DNA from: a virus | Lineage: Duplodnaviria > Caudoviricetes | Reading direction: 5' to 3' (one strand) | Length of the DNA stretch: 56,716 bases | IMG/VR virus record: IMGVR_UViG_3300010403_000026 | Span: 1-56,716 of that record | Shown: one piece after another, positions 9,485 to 18,227 of the stretch | Layout: each line of letters opens with the position of its first letter | Position numbering within the stretch: the stretch's first letter is position 1 | Translations under genes and position numbers: made by a program | Notes under the pieces: generated by a model | What the model was told of the DNA's origin: nothing | The model's input: only the letters and a program-made list of their open reading frames with translations | Databases searched by the model: none

Positions 9485-10642
9485 CTAGTCTACATCTGGT
9501 CCTGATGGCATGTCACTGAATCGAAGCCGGTAAGCCACCATCCCGCCCGCGACCCGCAAGGACATCGACCGCGAGTCCGCCTCACGGGCGCGAGCGTAGG
9601 ACAACTGGTAATCGGAGTCTTCCACGTTCAACGCCTTCATGCGCTTGTAGGAGCGGAGTTGTCGTTCGCACTCCCTCCAGAACGCGGTCATGAACGCCCC
9701 TTCTTCGAGGTCCATGGGGTCGCTGATGCGGTACTTGACGTTCGTCAGTGTTTCGGGGAGAACTTCATCGACTTCCAAGGCACCAGCCGCGCTCACGCTC
9801 GTCACGACCCGCTCGTAAGCATACGGATAAGCGCCCTCTCGTCCCGTGGGGGCGTACTTCTCACCTGTGGCGGCGAAGCGGATCACGGCCCCGATATGCT
9901 TCGAGGCCCACGCGGTCGATGACCCGGAGACCGAGGCGGACCCGTTGCTGACCGACACAACACCGGACGAGTAGTCCATGATGTTCAACTGGCGCGGTCG
10001 TCGATGGTAGATGAAGTCAAACGAGTAGGCTTGATCGGGCCGTGGGTGAAAGCGGCAGGCGAGAACCCCGAAGTAGTTCGGGTCCGCCGTGACGGCAAAC
10101 CGAGAAGGCTTGGCTGGACCGGCCCGCAACTGCTGGGGGGATAGCCAGTCCGAGTTCGTGACCTGAAGGACCAGTTGGCCTCCCGTCAGCTCCAGCATGT
10201 CGAAGCCTTTGAGGTAGTCACAGGGCATCGGGAAGGTGTCGCGGTAGATTTCAAAACTGGTTGCGGTCGCGATGTCCTCTCCTGGGTTCGACGATTGGGA
10301 GAGGACGAGGACCGTCGCGCTTGTTCGAGAAGCAACCTCGTAGGGAATCTGATTGATAATGACCGACCCGTAAGCCGCCCAGGTAGGCCACGTCCCTCCG
10401 GAGAGCGTCAGTTCCCTCGTGGAGTTGACGTAAGTCACCGTCCCGGTGTCGTATGGTTCCGAGGTGGTGATCCGGTGCCGCGCGAAGTAGTACGACCAGT
10501 CGTGAGAAGACGTGAATTCCCGGTAGCCATTGACGACCGCTCTCTGGGCGTCGGTGAGGGTCCGCTGCTGGGCGTCACCACCCGCGTAGTCGATGAGATA
10601 GCTCACCGCGTCGTGGTACGTCGTTAATTGGATGACCGACAT
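9485..10642 (-). CDS. Head-tail adaptor / tail tubular A-like protein
   Basis: 385 aa; HDWSYY, FPMPCDY, RFHPRPDQAY..Y.RRP pattern; position in the virion module. Confidence 0.6.
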   Translation of the reverse strand: MSVIQLTTYHDAVSYLIDYAGGDAQQRTLTDAQRAVVNGYREFTSSHDWSYYFARHRITTSEPYDTGTVTYVNSTRELTLSGGTWPTWAAYGSVIINQIPYEVASRTSATVLVLSQSSNPGEDIATATSFEIYRDTFPMPCDYLKGFDMLELTGGQLVLQVTNSDWLSPQQLRAGPAKPSRFAVTADPNYFGVLACRFHPRPDQAYSFDFIYHRRPRQLNIMDYSSGVVSVSNGSASVSGSSTAWASKHIGAVIRFAATGEKYAPTGREGAYPYAYERVVTSVSAAGALEVDEVLPETLTNVKYRISDPMDLEEGAFMTAFWRECERQLRSYKRMKALNVEDSDYQLSYARAREADSRSMSLRVAGGMVAYRLRFSDMPSGPDVD

Positions 10643-10677
10643 GGCGGCATCTTACCGGAAGGTTGAGGAAAATACCA

Positions 10678-10851
10678 TCAGTTTGGCTCGTCTGCTCTGG
10701 GTCTGTAGGAACAAGCCGCGTCGGCCCTCATGGGCACATAGGGCAGAATGGGGGCCTGAATCTCATCGGCGTCCACCTGAACTCCGTCGAAGAAGAACTG
10801 TCCGTCCCCTTCATCGGTGATCTGGACTCCATCGGCAAACCAGACTCTCAT
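10678..10851 (-). CDS. 57-aa virion accessory peptide (MRVWFADGVQ...RPRADEPN)
   Basis: ATGA overlap with the upstream stop; C-terminal motif shared with 12456-13649. Confidence 0.65.
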   Translation of the reverse strand: MRVWFADGVQITDEGDGQFFFDGVQVDADEIQAPILPYVPMRADAACSYRPRADEPN

Positions 10852-12161
10852 AAGACGGCCACCTTTGGATCGACGTAACACACGCTGGAAGGTTTGGCGA
10901 AGTTGAAGTGGACCAGCACAACCCCGGCCATCGTCGGGTTGATCTGCACCTGAATGACCTGTTTCGACCCCACTCCGCTTCCGTTCCAGACTGAAGTAGA
11001 ATCCACCGGCCACGCTTCGGGGGTGGCGAGAGGATCGCAGCGAAGACTCTGGTATCTGAACTGCGCGGTGGGGGACACGGCTTCGCTTGGCGACAGGACT
11101 TCTGGCCAGAATTCGTCATCGTTCAACAGCGCTCCACCGGCGACGTAGAAGGTCAACGTCTGCTCTCCGGCTTCCACAAACCGGGCGATCTGTGGAGTTT
11201 CAAACATCAGGACTGAGTTGTTCGCGTTGCTGGTGCTGGCGATCTCCCACGAGTAGGGGTTGGCCTGCTCGCCATCCCACGCTCCCCCGGTTCGATAAAC
11301 GCTGGTCAGCGCCCTCAGCGTGCCAGCACCGTCTGCTTCAACATTTGGCCGCAGGTGAGGGGCCGTCAGCGTTCCGGAAACAAACCCATCGAGGTTGATC
11401 CGGTTCCCCATGTTGGTCGGCACTGTACCGGCGTTGAAGATATTCGTGTACGCGCAGCCCTCGCAGCCGTCGAAGCGATATATCCCTGAGATGTTGGTGC
11501 TGGCGGTGAAGAGATTAGTGACAGTCCCGCTGAACTTGACTCCGCGAAACACCGCTGATCCCGTTGTCGATTGCGATGCCCCGATCAGGTTCGTTTGAGT
11601 CGAACGACAGGTATAGGTTCCTCCCGTCCAGTTGAAGATCGTCGTCGCGGTGTTGAGGAATGGGCCGAAATTGACAGTCGCCGCCGAGGCCCCGGAGAAG
11701 TTGACGCTGGTGTTGATGAAGTCGATGCGGTTTCTGGATGTTGCTGACGTGAAGTCGATTCCCGTTGCCCCAGTTACGGTCAGCGTGCAATTCTCGTATC
11801 GTTGATACCCGGAGTTCGGAGGAGACAGTCGAAGGTTGGCCCCGGAGGTCGCGAACGTGATCCCGTAGGCGAACAAGCTCCCCTGCGGGCCGGTGTTGGT
11901 CACGTTCCAGTTGAAGACAGCACCGCTCGCCAGTGCATCACCGGCGTCCTTGTCCACGCAGATCAACCGGACAGGATTAGAGAAAGTGCCGTTCGACCAG
12001 TTGATGTTCGCCCCGTTGTTGGCCCCGCTGTGAGTCTTGTGGACCTTCACCACGTCCCCGGCCGCGACCCCGTTCGACGAGGCCTCACTCGTCCAGGCGT
12101 TGGCCCAGCTTGTGCCGTCGTTCGCGCCGACGGCCCCGGAGAAGACGAACTTGGTTGCCAC
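10848..12161 (-). CDS. Tail spike/fibre-like protein, probable beta-helix
   Basis: 437 aa; GANDGTSWANAW N-terminus, T/N/G-rich repeats. Confidence 0.65.
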   Translation of the reverse strand: MATKFVFSGAVGANDGTSWANAWTSEASSNGVAAGDVVKVHKTHSGANNGANINWSNGTFSNPVRLICVDKDAGDALASGAVFNWNVTNTGPQGSLFAYGITFATSGANLRLSPPNSGYQRYENCTLTVTGATGIDFTSATSRNRIDFINTSVNFSGASAATVNFGPFLNTATTIFNWTGGTYTCRSTQTNLIGASQSTTGSAVFRGVKFSGTVTNLFTASTNISGIYRFDGCEGCAYTNIFNAGTVPTNMGNRINLDGFVSGTLTAPHLRPNVEADGAGTLRALTSVYRTGGAWDGEQANPYSWEIASTSNANNSVLMFETPQIARFVEAGEQTLTFYVAGGALLNDDEFWPEVLSPSEAVSPTAQFRYQSLRCDPLATPEAWPVDSTSVWNGSGVGSKQVIQVQINPTMAGVVLVHFNFAKPSSVCYVDPKVAVL

Positions 12162-12168
12162 CTATGCC

Positions 12169-12453
12169 TCACGCCGGGGTCGTATCGACCAGTGGAAGAA
12201 GCCACGAATCGCGCGGAGCTGCGCCGACGGGCGCGTTTTCGTTGAAGCTCTTGAAGTCTGCGGTGTAGTTCATGATCCCGGTGATCTCGCCCGTTGTCGA
12301 TGCCGGGGTGTCAACGAAGAACTGGCTCCCGTTGACTTCCTGCAAAAACATCGCCCTGAGCCTCGCTCCTTCTTCTCTGAGATTCTGGATCGACTTGGCG
12401 AAGTTCTGGCAGCGTTCGTGGAAGTTGCGGTTCTTGTCGAGTGAAAAAGCCAT
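12169..12453 (-). CDS. Hypothetical protein
   Basis: AGGAG upstream of MAFSLD; alternative start 12459. Confidence 0.6.
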   Translation of the reverse strand: MAFSLDKNRNFHERCQNFAKSIQNLREEGARLRAMFLQEVNGSQFFVDTPASTTGEITGIMNYTADFKSFNENAPVGAAPRDSWLLPLVDTTPA

Positions 12454-12455
12454 GC

Positions 12456-13649
12456 TCATCTCCTGATATTCGGTTCGTCGGGCTTGGGTCGATTCGTGCA
12501 GGAGCTATCAATCCTGAAGCGTGCCGTCCCGCACCCCTGGTCGTCCCGTGGACGGTCCGTGCAGCCCTCGTCGGACCTCTTTGGTCTATAGGGGGATGGT
12601 GGTTCAGGAAGAGGCGGAGGCGCGACGTAGGGAACCTGCCACTCCTCGGCTTCGTGGATAGTGGTCCGCCACGAAATCTGCTGCCTGCGGTCAAGCCACG
12701 GGTACTCCTCGTCGATCCGGACTGACTTCAGTGAAGACCCGATCTCGTCGTCGAGGGATGGCCGGTTTGTCCACCTCACGCTCTGGACTTGCGCGATCCA
12801 GTATTCATCCTCCACCCGAAGAGTCTTGTGCAGCCCGTCCTCATCGGAAACGACCCGGTTCGTCCAAGTGATTTTCTGCTGAAGAGTAAGGTGGTGCAGT
12901 TCGTCTTCGAGCGGGAACCCTTTAGCGCGGGCGTCTTCGTCCTGGAAGGCCCGTGAGGTCCAGACGATCTTCTCCGTCTGGGCCGTCCAGTGATACTCCT
13001 CTTCGTAGCGGTTGACGGCCACGATCCGGATCACGTCGTCGTCGAGATAGACGCCCTTGAGCCAGGGTTGCGCCTGCTGAACTGACTGGTAGCCTTCCTC
13101 GTTCTCAAGGAAGAAATTCTTCAGGTTCGCCGAGGAGTCTTCGTCGGTGAAGAGCGTCTTAGTCCACGGGTTCGACTGGACTTTGAACTCAGGGAGGAAG
13201 TCCTCTTCGGTGATCCCGAATCCAGCCACCCCTTTGGACTTCGCGAATTCCTCCTCGTCCACAACGACCGTGATCTTCCACGGGACCGACTGTTTGACGG
13301 ACTGATAGCCACCCTCTTCCTCGCGGAAGAAGTTCTTCAGACTGGTGGAGATTTCGTCGTCAAGGGCCGGGCGCGAGAGCCACGGATTGAACTGAAGGCC
13401 GGACTGGTAGCCGCCTTCCTCTTCGGAGTAGAAGTTCTTGGGGTTCGGTTCGGGGTCTTCGTCCTGAACGGCGGGAAGGGGATTTGGTGGCTGTCCCAGC
13501 CACGAGATCAGTTGTCGTTGCTGGTTCCACGGAAAGGAGGGGAAGCCTTCTTCCTGTTCGAGAAAGAAGTTCTTCGCCCCAGCAAGCTCCTCATCGGTCG
13601 GCAGGGAGAGATATTTATTCCTGCCGTCTGAGGTGATGAGGATTTCCAC
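12456..13649 (-). CDS. Acidic repeat protein (about ten ~30-35-aa repeats)
   Basis: Repeating EE(G)Y...Q..PW.....DE pattern; Pro linker; Cys-containing tail. Confidence 0.7.
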   Translation of the reverse strand: MEILITSDGRNKYLSLPTDEELAGAKNFFLEQEEGFPSFPWNQQRQLISWLGQPPNPLPAVQDEDPEPNPKNFYSEEEGGYQSGLQFNPWLSRPALDDEISTSLKNFFREEEGGYQSVKQSVPWKITVVVDEEEFAKSKGVAGFGITEEDFLPEFKVQSNPWTKTLFTDEDSSANLKNFFLENEEGYQSVQQAQPWLKGVYLDDDVIRIVAVNRYEEEYHWTAQTEKIVWTSRAFQDEDARAKGFPLEDELHHLTLQQKITWTNRVVSDEDGLHKTLRVEDEYWIAQVQSVRWTNRPSLDDEIGSSLKSVRIDEEYPWLDRRQQISWRTTIHEAEEWQVPYVAPPPLPEPPSPYRPKRSDEGCTDRPRDDQGCGTARFRIDSSCTNRPKPDEPNIRR

Positions 13650-13657
13650 GTTTCACC

Positions 13658-13912
13658 CTATTCGGGCTTCGACGGGTCTTTCCCCACCAGCCCATCAGCC
13701 TCGATGTGTTCCAGGACGGCTTTCAGGAGATCGACCTTGAGCATCGGGTCCGTGAAGTGGATGCCGCACCCATCGGCATCCATCAGGCTCCGATGGCGGA
13801 CGTGATTGGTTGCCGCCCCGGTGTCGTGCATGTTGTAGAGAATGCCGACGAGGAAGATTTCGTCTCGATAAAGCCGCCACCCCTCGGTGGTGGCTTCGTG
13901 GGTGATCTTCAT
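13658..13912 (-). CDS. Hypothetical protein (MKITHEATT...)
   Basis: AGGAAGG upstream of ATG 13912. Confidence 0.6.
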   Translation of the reverse strand: MKITHEATTEGWRLYRDEIFLVGILYNMHDTGAATNHVRHRSLMDADGCGIHFTDPMLKVDLLKAVLEHIEADGLVGKDPSKPE

Positions 13913-13914
13913 GC

Positions 13915-14445
13915 TCAACCTTCCTGAATCTTCAGCCATCCCCAATGCTCGCCACGATAAATCCGACTTACCTGAGTCTGCCCGATGCCCATCTCGACGG
14001 CGACTTTATCTTGAGACATCCCACTGGCAAGCAGCTTCTTGACTCGAATCACCTGCTCTTCGCTCAACTTATTTTTAGGGTTCTTGGTTCCACGCGAAGT
14101 TTTCCCGTCACGGATTTTATCTTCGCCGTTGTTCTTTTCTCTCGTGCCCCAGCACAGGTTCGACACTCGGTTGTCTTGTTGACCACCAACTCCGTGGCAC
14201 GCTTCCATTCCCTCTGGCCTTGGGCAAACGAAGGCTTCTAGTACAAGAGTGTGAATCATTCTCATCCCGGCAAACGATTCGTTTTTCAAATACGCGCGAT
14301 GGTAGCCTTGAACACTCGGATTCGGAGACAAGATTTTTGGTTTGTCCCTTTTCTTGTTCCGAGAATAGCTTCTGACTCGACCAAGATTCGACACCTCGTA
14401 ATTCGGAAAGCCAACGACCTGACGCCATTCTTCGGCTTCTTGCAT
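13915..14445 (-). CDS. NUMOD4-HNH homing endonuclease with C-terminal HTH (cassette 3)
   Basis: EEWRQVVGFPNYEVSNLGRVRS; IHTLVLEAF..EACH..DNRVSNLCWGT; KLSEEQV HTH. Confidence 0.9.
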   Translation of the reverse strand: MQEAEEWRQVVGFPNYEVSNLGRVRSYSRNKKRDKPKILSPNPSVQGYHRAYLKNESFAGMRMIHTLVLEAFVCPRPEGMEACHGVGGQQDNRVSNLCWGTREKNNGEDKIRDGKTSRGTKNPKNKLSEEQVIRVKKLLASGMSQDKVAVEMGIGQTQVSRIYRGEHWGWLKIQEG

Positions 14446-14499
14446 AGACGAATCTCCAATTAGATTCGTCTATTGTACAGAAGGCTATCCCTCTGTCAA
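14444..14499 (-). promoter_or_regulatory. Promoter plus RBS-sequestering hairpin for HNH 3
   Basis: TTGACA-16 nt-TACAAT; perfect 12-bp inverted repeat 14444-14455/14462-14473. Confidence 0.8.
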
Positions 14500-14509
14500 C
14501 TAGATATAT

Positions 14510-15043
14510 CTAACCTTCTTGCACGTCCAATTCATGCTCGAACGACAGAGAGACAGTCGGGGACGAGGAGAACAGGTCCGCCGACTTGTTGGCCCCACCG
14601 TCCAGCGAGGGAACGTCATCCGGATTCGCCGCCACCCACCCGCCCGGACCCGAAGCCCCGCAACCCGCGAAGCCGACGATGTTCGGTCCGCCTGTCCCGG
14701 AGGTGATGGTCCCGGCTGCGACGGTCGCCATCCCAGCGGTCGAGACCGCTGCGGGAGCCAGATTGTGTTTGGGTGCTGGAGTCACCGATGTCCCGCCGAC
14801 CGTCGTGGAGCTGGTGGAAGTCCAGTGTTTCAAGCGGTTGACGATGCCGGACAGGGCCGTCAGACCAGCGCCTTTGCCCTGAATACGCAGAGCAAGGACG
14901 GTGGAAACGCGGGAGGCTCCCGGTTTCAGGAACGCAAAGTCGTTTTCCGTGTTGGCGGTGCCGTTGGTGGTGAGATTTTCAAGCGCCTGAGCGCCAGACT
15001 TGCTGTTAAGAGCATAGACGAATGGGATAAAGCACCTCGTCAT
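14510..15043 (-). CDS. Virion structural protein
   Basis: 177 aa, G/T/A-rich; start uncertain. Confidence 0.65.
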   Translation of the reverse strand: MTRCFIPFVYALNSKSGAQALENLTTNGTANTENDFAFLKPGASRVSTVLALRIQGKGAGLTALSGIVNRLKHWTSTSSTTVGGTSVTPAPKHNLAPAAVSTAGMATVAAGTITSGTGGPNIVGFAGCGASGPGGWVAANPDDVPSLDGGANKSADLFSSSPTVSLSFEHELDVQEG

Positions 15044-15099
15044 GGGCGACGGCGGGCTGCACGTAGCTTACAAACAAATCACTTTGGATGCCAAGCCTT

Positions 15100-16470
15100 T
15101 TACCTGTTCTGCGGGTCGTTTTCCGGGACCAGAGGAGCTTCCTGCGGGACCGGCCACTGGAACCACTCTCCGTAGGAACCTGAATTCTGTTCGTCGGAAG
15201 CCTTGTTCCCCCACGGTTGGGAATTCGTGAAGGCAATTTGCCCCCAGTGGTCGCAGACCACCGCGCGGGTGGCGAAGACCCTAAGATCGAGCTGGTTCAA
15301 CAAGTGGGAGAAGAACCAGTCCTCCGATACCGTCTGGGTGACGAACATCCCATCTGGCCTTCTGAGGATGCGACTCCGGTTGTCAAACCACACCTTCTCG
15401 ACCCACGGCTTCGTGAAATCCGCGATCCAAAGACCGGAGGAGATCAACAGGTCTCGGCCGGGGAAGTTCTTCTTCGAGAACGTGTCCACCGGAAGACCAT
15501 AGACCTCACGCATCGTCAAGCGCCTGACGGCCCCGGTCTTCCGGTCCATCAAGGCCGTCGAGGTATAGCCATCCGTGTCCTTGATGGGCAGCACGACCGC
15601 CAGCACGTCGGCTTTGTGTTTCCGCATCAAATCCACCATCTGGTCCAGCCAGAACCCATAGGGCGTCACGTCATGGTGGATCATCGCGTAGTGCGTCCAC
15701 CCCAGAGTCCTCTGGTTCAGAGCTTCGCACCACGAATCGTTGAAGTTCTTGATGTGGAACGGCCCGCCCATCGGGAACTTCACGTACCCATTCTCGCTGT
15801 CGGGTCCGACCCCTTGGTCGTAGCCTTGAATGACTTGCCCGATGAAGGACTGGTAGAAGGGCAGCGAGAGGTAGATTTGAGCGCCTTTCTCCTGACGGAG
15901 TTTCAGTGGCGCTGGCTCCGGAGCGCACCTTCCGAGGACCATCAGGCCGTTGTTGTTCTTGAAGTCAGCCCGGACCTCGAAGGTGCCTCTTTGAAGGAAC
16001 TCCTCGACGGCAGGCAGCAGTCCTTTGTGACCGGGGGATTCACCGATTTCCCCACAGGCCACGGTGTCGTGCAGGACGATGAACTGCCGGACCTTCGGAG
16101 AGTGCTTCTCGAATTCGCTTTTCAACTGCTCGTAGACGTGCCAGGTGTCGATGAAGAGCACGTCTGTTTCCTCGATCTCGACTTCGAGGACGTTCTTCTG
16201 GTGGAAGGCCATCTCCGGGTGACGCGCTTGAAGTTCCCGGCATTGAGGGGATTCCATGAGGTCGTAGCAGACCAGCTTCTTGGGCTTCCCCGCCAGAAAC
16301 CCGATGGTCGAGACGCATAGCCTCGTCCCCATCTCGGTGACGTGCCGGTCTTTTGCGAGCGCGTAGAGGGTGGGAAGGTGCTCGTTGATGTCCGAGGGGA
16401 CTTCGCAGCACATCTTGTAGGATTCTTCGATGGTGCCGTCGAGCATCACCTGTTCGAGCATGGGCGACAT
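15100..16470 (-). CDS. Class I SAM methyltransferase fused to a GT-A glycosyltransferase-like domain
   Basis: SDINEHL, VTEMG, VLFIDTWH, IVLHDT; then MIHHD, SGLW, SEDWFFS. Confidence 0.8.
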   Translation of the reverse strand: MSPMLEQVMLDGTIEESYKMCCEVPSDINEHLPTLYALAKDRHVTEMGTRLCVSTIGFLAGKPKKLVCYDLMESPQCRELQARHPEMAFHQKNVLEVEIEETDVLFIDTWHVYEQLKSEFEKHSPKVRQFIVLHDTVACGEIGESPGHKGLLPAVEEFLQRGTFEVRADFKNNNGLMVLGRCAPEPAPLKLRQEKGAQIYLSLPFYQSFIGQVIQGYDQGVGPDSENGYVKFPMGGPFHIKNFNDSWCEALNQRTLGWTHYAMIHHDVTPYGFWLDQMVDLMRKHKADVLAVVLPIKDTDGYTSTALMDRKTGAVRRLTMREVYGLPVDTFSKKNFPGRDLLISSGLWIADFTKPWVEKVWFDNRSRILRRPDGMFVTQTVSEDWFFSHLLNQLDLRVFATRAVVCDHWGQIAFTNSQPWGNKASDEQNSGSYGEWFQWPVPQEAPLVPENDPQNR

Positions 16471-16473
16471 TCT

Positions 16474-16884
16474 TCATCCTTTCGGTCGGTGGTCGTGAGA
16501 AGGGAATGGGGAATCGTTCAACAGAGCCATGAGTTCAGGTCCAAGGGTATTGTCCTCAAGGGCGCGGGCGATGTTCTCGACTGTCCCTCCTCCGGGGCCG
16601 AAGCGCTTCTCCAGTTCAAACGCCACGTCCTTGACGAACTCCTCATCGGGCTGCACCCACGTATTGGCGATGGTCCCGTGGGTCTCAAAGCACTTGGCGC
16701 AGAGGAAGAACGAGAAGGTGGTGTTCTCCCTTGGAACGTGGCCCCAGAATTTACCGCAGTTCGCGCAGTAGATTTTCTCGGCCTCAATCCGGACCGTCCC
16801 CCCACCGGGGAGCCGCCACTGGACCATCTCGGTCCCGATCTTGTGGTGCTTGAGTCGTGAATCAGGAAGGACGAGTTCGCTCAC
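16474..16884 (-). CDS. Hypothetical Zn-finger protein
   Basis: CANC...CAKC. Confidence 0.6.
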   Translation of the reverse strand: MSELVLPDSRLKHHKIGTEMVQWRLPGGGTVRIEAEKIYCANCGKFWGHVPRENTTFSFFLCAKCFETHGTIANTWVQPDEEFVKDVAFELEKRFGPGGGTVENIARALEDNTLGPELMALLNDSPFPSHDHRPKG

Positions 16885-17687
16885 CAGATCAACCTCGGAA
16901 CGTAAAGAAGCTCGCTGTCCTCATCCAGAACGCTCGTTGCCGGATTCGGGGGAGGGAGGAAGAAACGCAGGTTGTCCTTGTAGGTCGAAATCACATTCGA
17001 GAAGAAATCCTCGGCGTCACGGGCACTGTATTTGAGTCTTGGGCACCTCTGGGAAAGCTGTGGGACTCCACCGAGGTTTGCCTCCATCGGCCAATGGGGG
17101 CCAAGCAAATTGAGCTGACGTGCCCCTTTCTGCTCCAGGGTCCAAAAGCCGATGATGTCCTTCGGTTCGATCATCCAAGGAGGCATCCCGGTGGCGAGAA
17201 GTTCAACCTGATGGTCGAGTAACGCTTTTCGCCACACCACGATGTCGGAGAGCGATCCCCTCATCGGGCCGGAAATTGTCCCGGAGTTGATCCTCAGCGC
17301 CCCGATGGACATCGTGTTCATCCCCGTGGGGGCCGAGGAGTTGGTGTCCGACCCCCTTCCTCCTCCGTCGAGAGTGGACCATCTGGAGGTCGTGCTCTCG
17401 AACACCGCCATCGCGTGGTGCCAGTAGTTGGTTCTGTACCTTGTGGAAGTGACTGAATTTCGCTCCACCGCCGCCGCGTTGGAAACCGCGTTCACGGCCC
17501 CAGCGGTGTTGTTGGAAAGCGAGAGTCCAAGGTAGGGGTTTCCTGCGCTGTTGATCCCCTGAAACCAGACGTTGTGCGCTGCCGTGTCCTCGACGAAAAA
17601 CCAAGCCGAGACGGACAGGCCCAGTTCGAGCTGAGTGACCCCGCCCCGGACCTCCAGATAGTCGTTGGCTCGTTGTTTGAAGTACAT
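16881..17687 (-). CDS. LamG/concanavalin A-like virion protein
   Basis: SVSAWF, WHHAMAVF, IGA, G.LSDIVVW..AL; start MYFKQ with TGATG overlap. Confidence 0.75.
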   Translation of the reverse strand: MYFKQRANDYLEVRGGVTQLELGLSVSAWFFVEDTAAHNVWFQGINSAGNPYLGLSLSNNTAGAVNAVSNAAAVERNSVTSTRYRTNYWHHAMAVFESTTSRWSTLDGGGRGSDTNSSAPTGMNTMSIGALRINSGTISGPMRGSLSDIVVWRKALLDHQVELLATGMPPWMIEPKDIIGFWTLEQKGARQLNLLGPHWPMEANLGGVPQLSQRCPRLKYSARDAEDFFSNVISTYKDNLRFFLPPPNPATSVLDEDSELLYVPRLIW

Positions 17688-18079
17688 CAGGTGTTCAAAA
17701 CGCCCGTGAGGATGTCGGCGGTCCCGACGAGGAAAGACCATGTGGTCGTGCATGACCCCGCGCTCGTGAGCCTCAAGAGCCACTGCCCTCCGGGGATCGT
17801 GATCGAAACCTGATCGGTGGCTGCGGGATTTCGAGCGATCACCCGTGAGTAGGAGGGGACGGTCTCGTAGGTTCCACCTCCATCCGTTGAGCGATAGACG
17901 TTCGCCTCCCACCCGGCGCTATTGGCAGTCGTGTTGGGCTGGAGGCCCTTCACTTCAAAGTTGATCTCGAAGCCGAGGAACGACACCGGGATCGTCAGGT
18001 CGGCGGACTTTGGGAGAACGGTCCCGGAGAGCAGGACAGCGCCCGTGAACGCATGTTGTGGAACAGAAATTGTGGCCAT
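17687..18079 (-). CDS. Virion protein
   Basis: 130 aa beta-rich, VYRSTDGG; first codons A/T-ending. Confidence 0.7.
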   Translation of the reverse strand: MATISVPQHAFTGAVLLSGTVLPKSADLTIPVSFLGFEINFEVKGLQPNTTANSAGWEANVYRSTDGGGTYETVPSYSRVIARNPAATDQVSITIPGGQWLLRLTSAGSCTTTWSFLVGTADILTGVLNT

Positions 18080-18080
18080 A

Positions 18081-18203
18081 TCAAATCCTTTGGTGTGATT
18101 TTCCGGTCACAATTCTCCAGACCGTGTTCTTTGACACGGAGAACCTTCGCCCTATAGCCGTCAGCCCATTGCCTTCGCTATACAAACGCTTGATTTCACG
18201 CGC
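18081..18203 (-). pseudogene. Remnant C-terminal HTH of a deleted HNH endonuclease (cassette 4)
   Basis: Start-less frame AREIKRLYSEGNGLTAIGRRFSVSKNTVWRIVTGKSHQRI*, similar to the HTH tails of the 13915 and 21261 HNHs. Confidence 0.75.
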
Positions 18204-18226
18204 TAAGGCGTACTGACAGTCGCCAT
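18203..18226 (-). pseudogene. Stranded original N-terminus of 17687-18079 (MATVSTP*)
   Basis: Matches MATISVP; ATG lies 1 nt after the upstream stop. Confidence 0.7.
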
Positions 18227-18227
18227 G

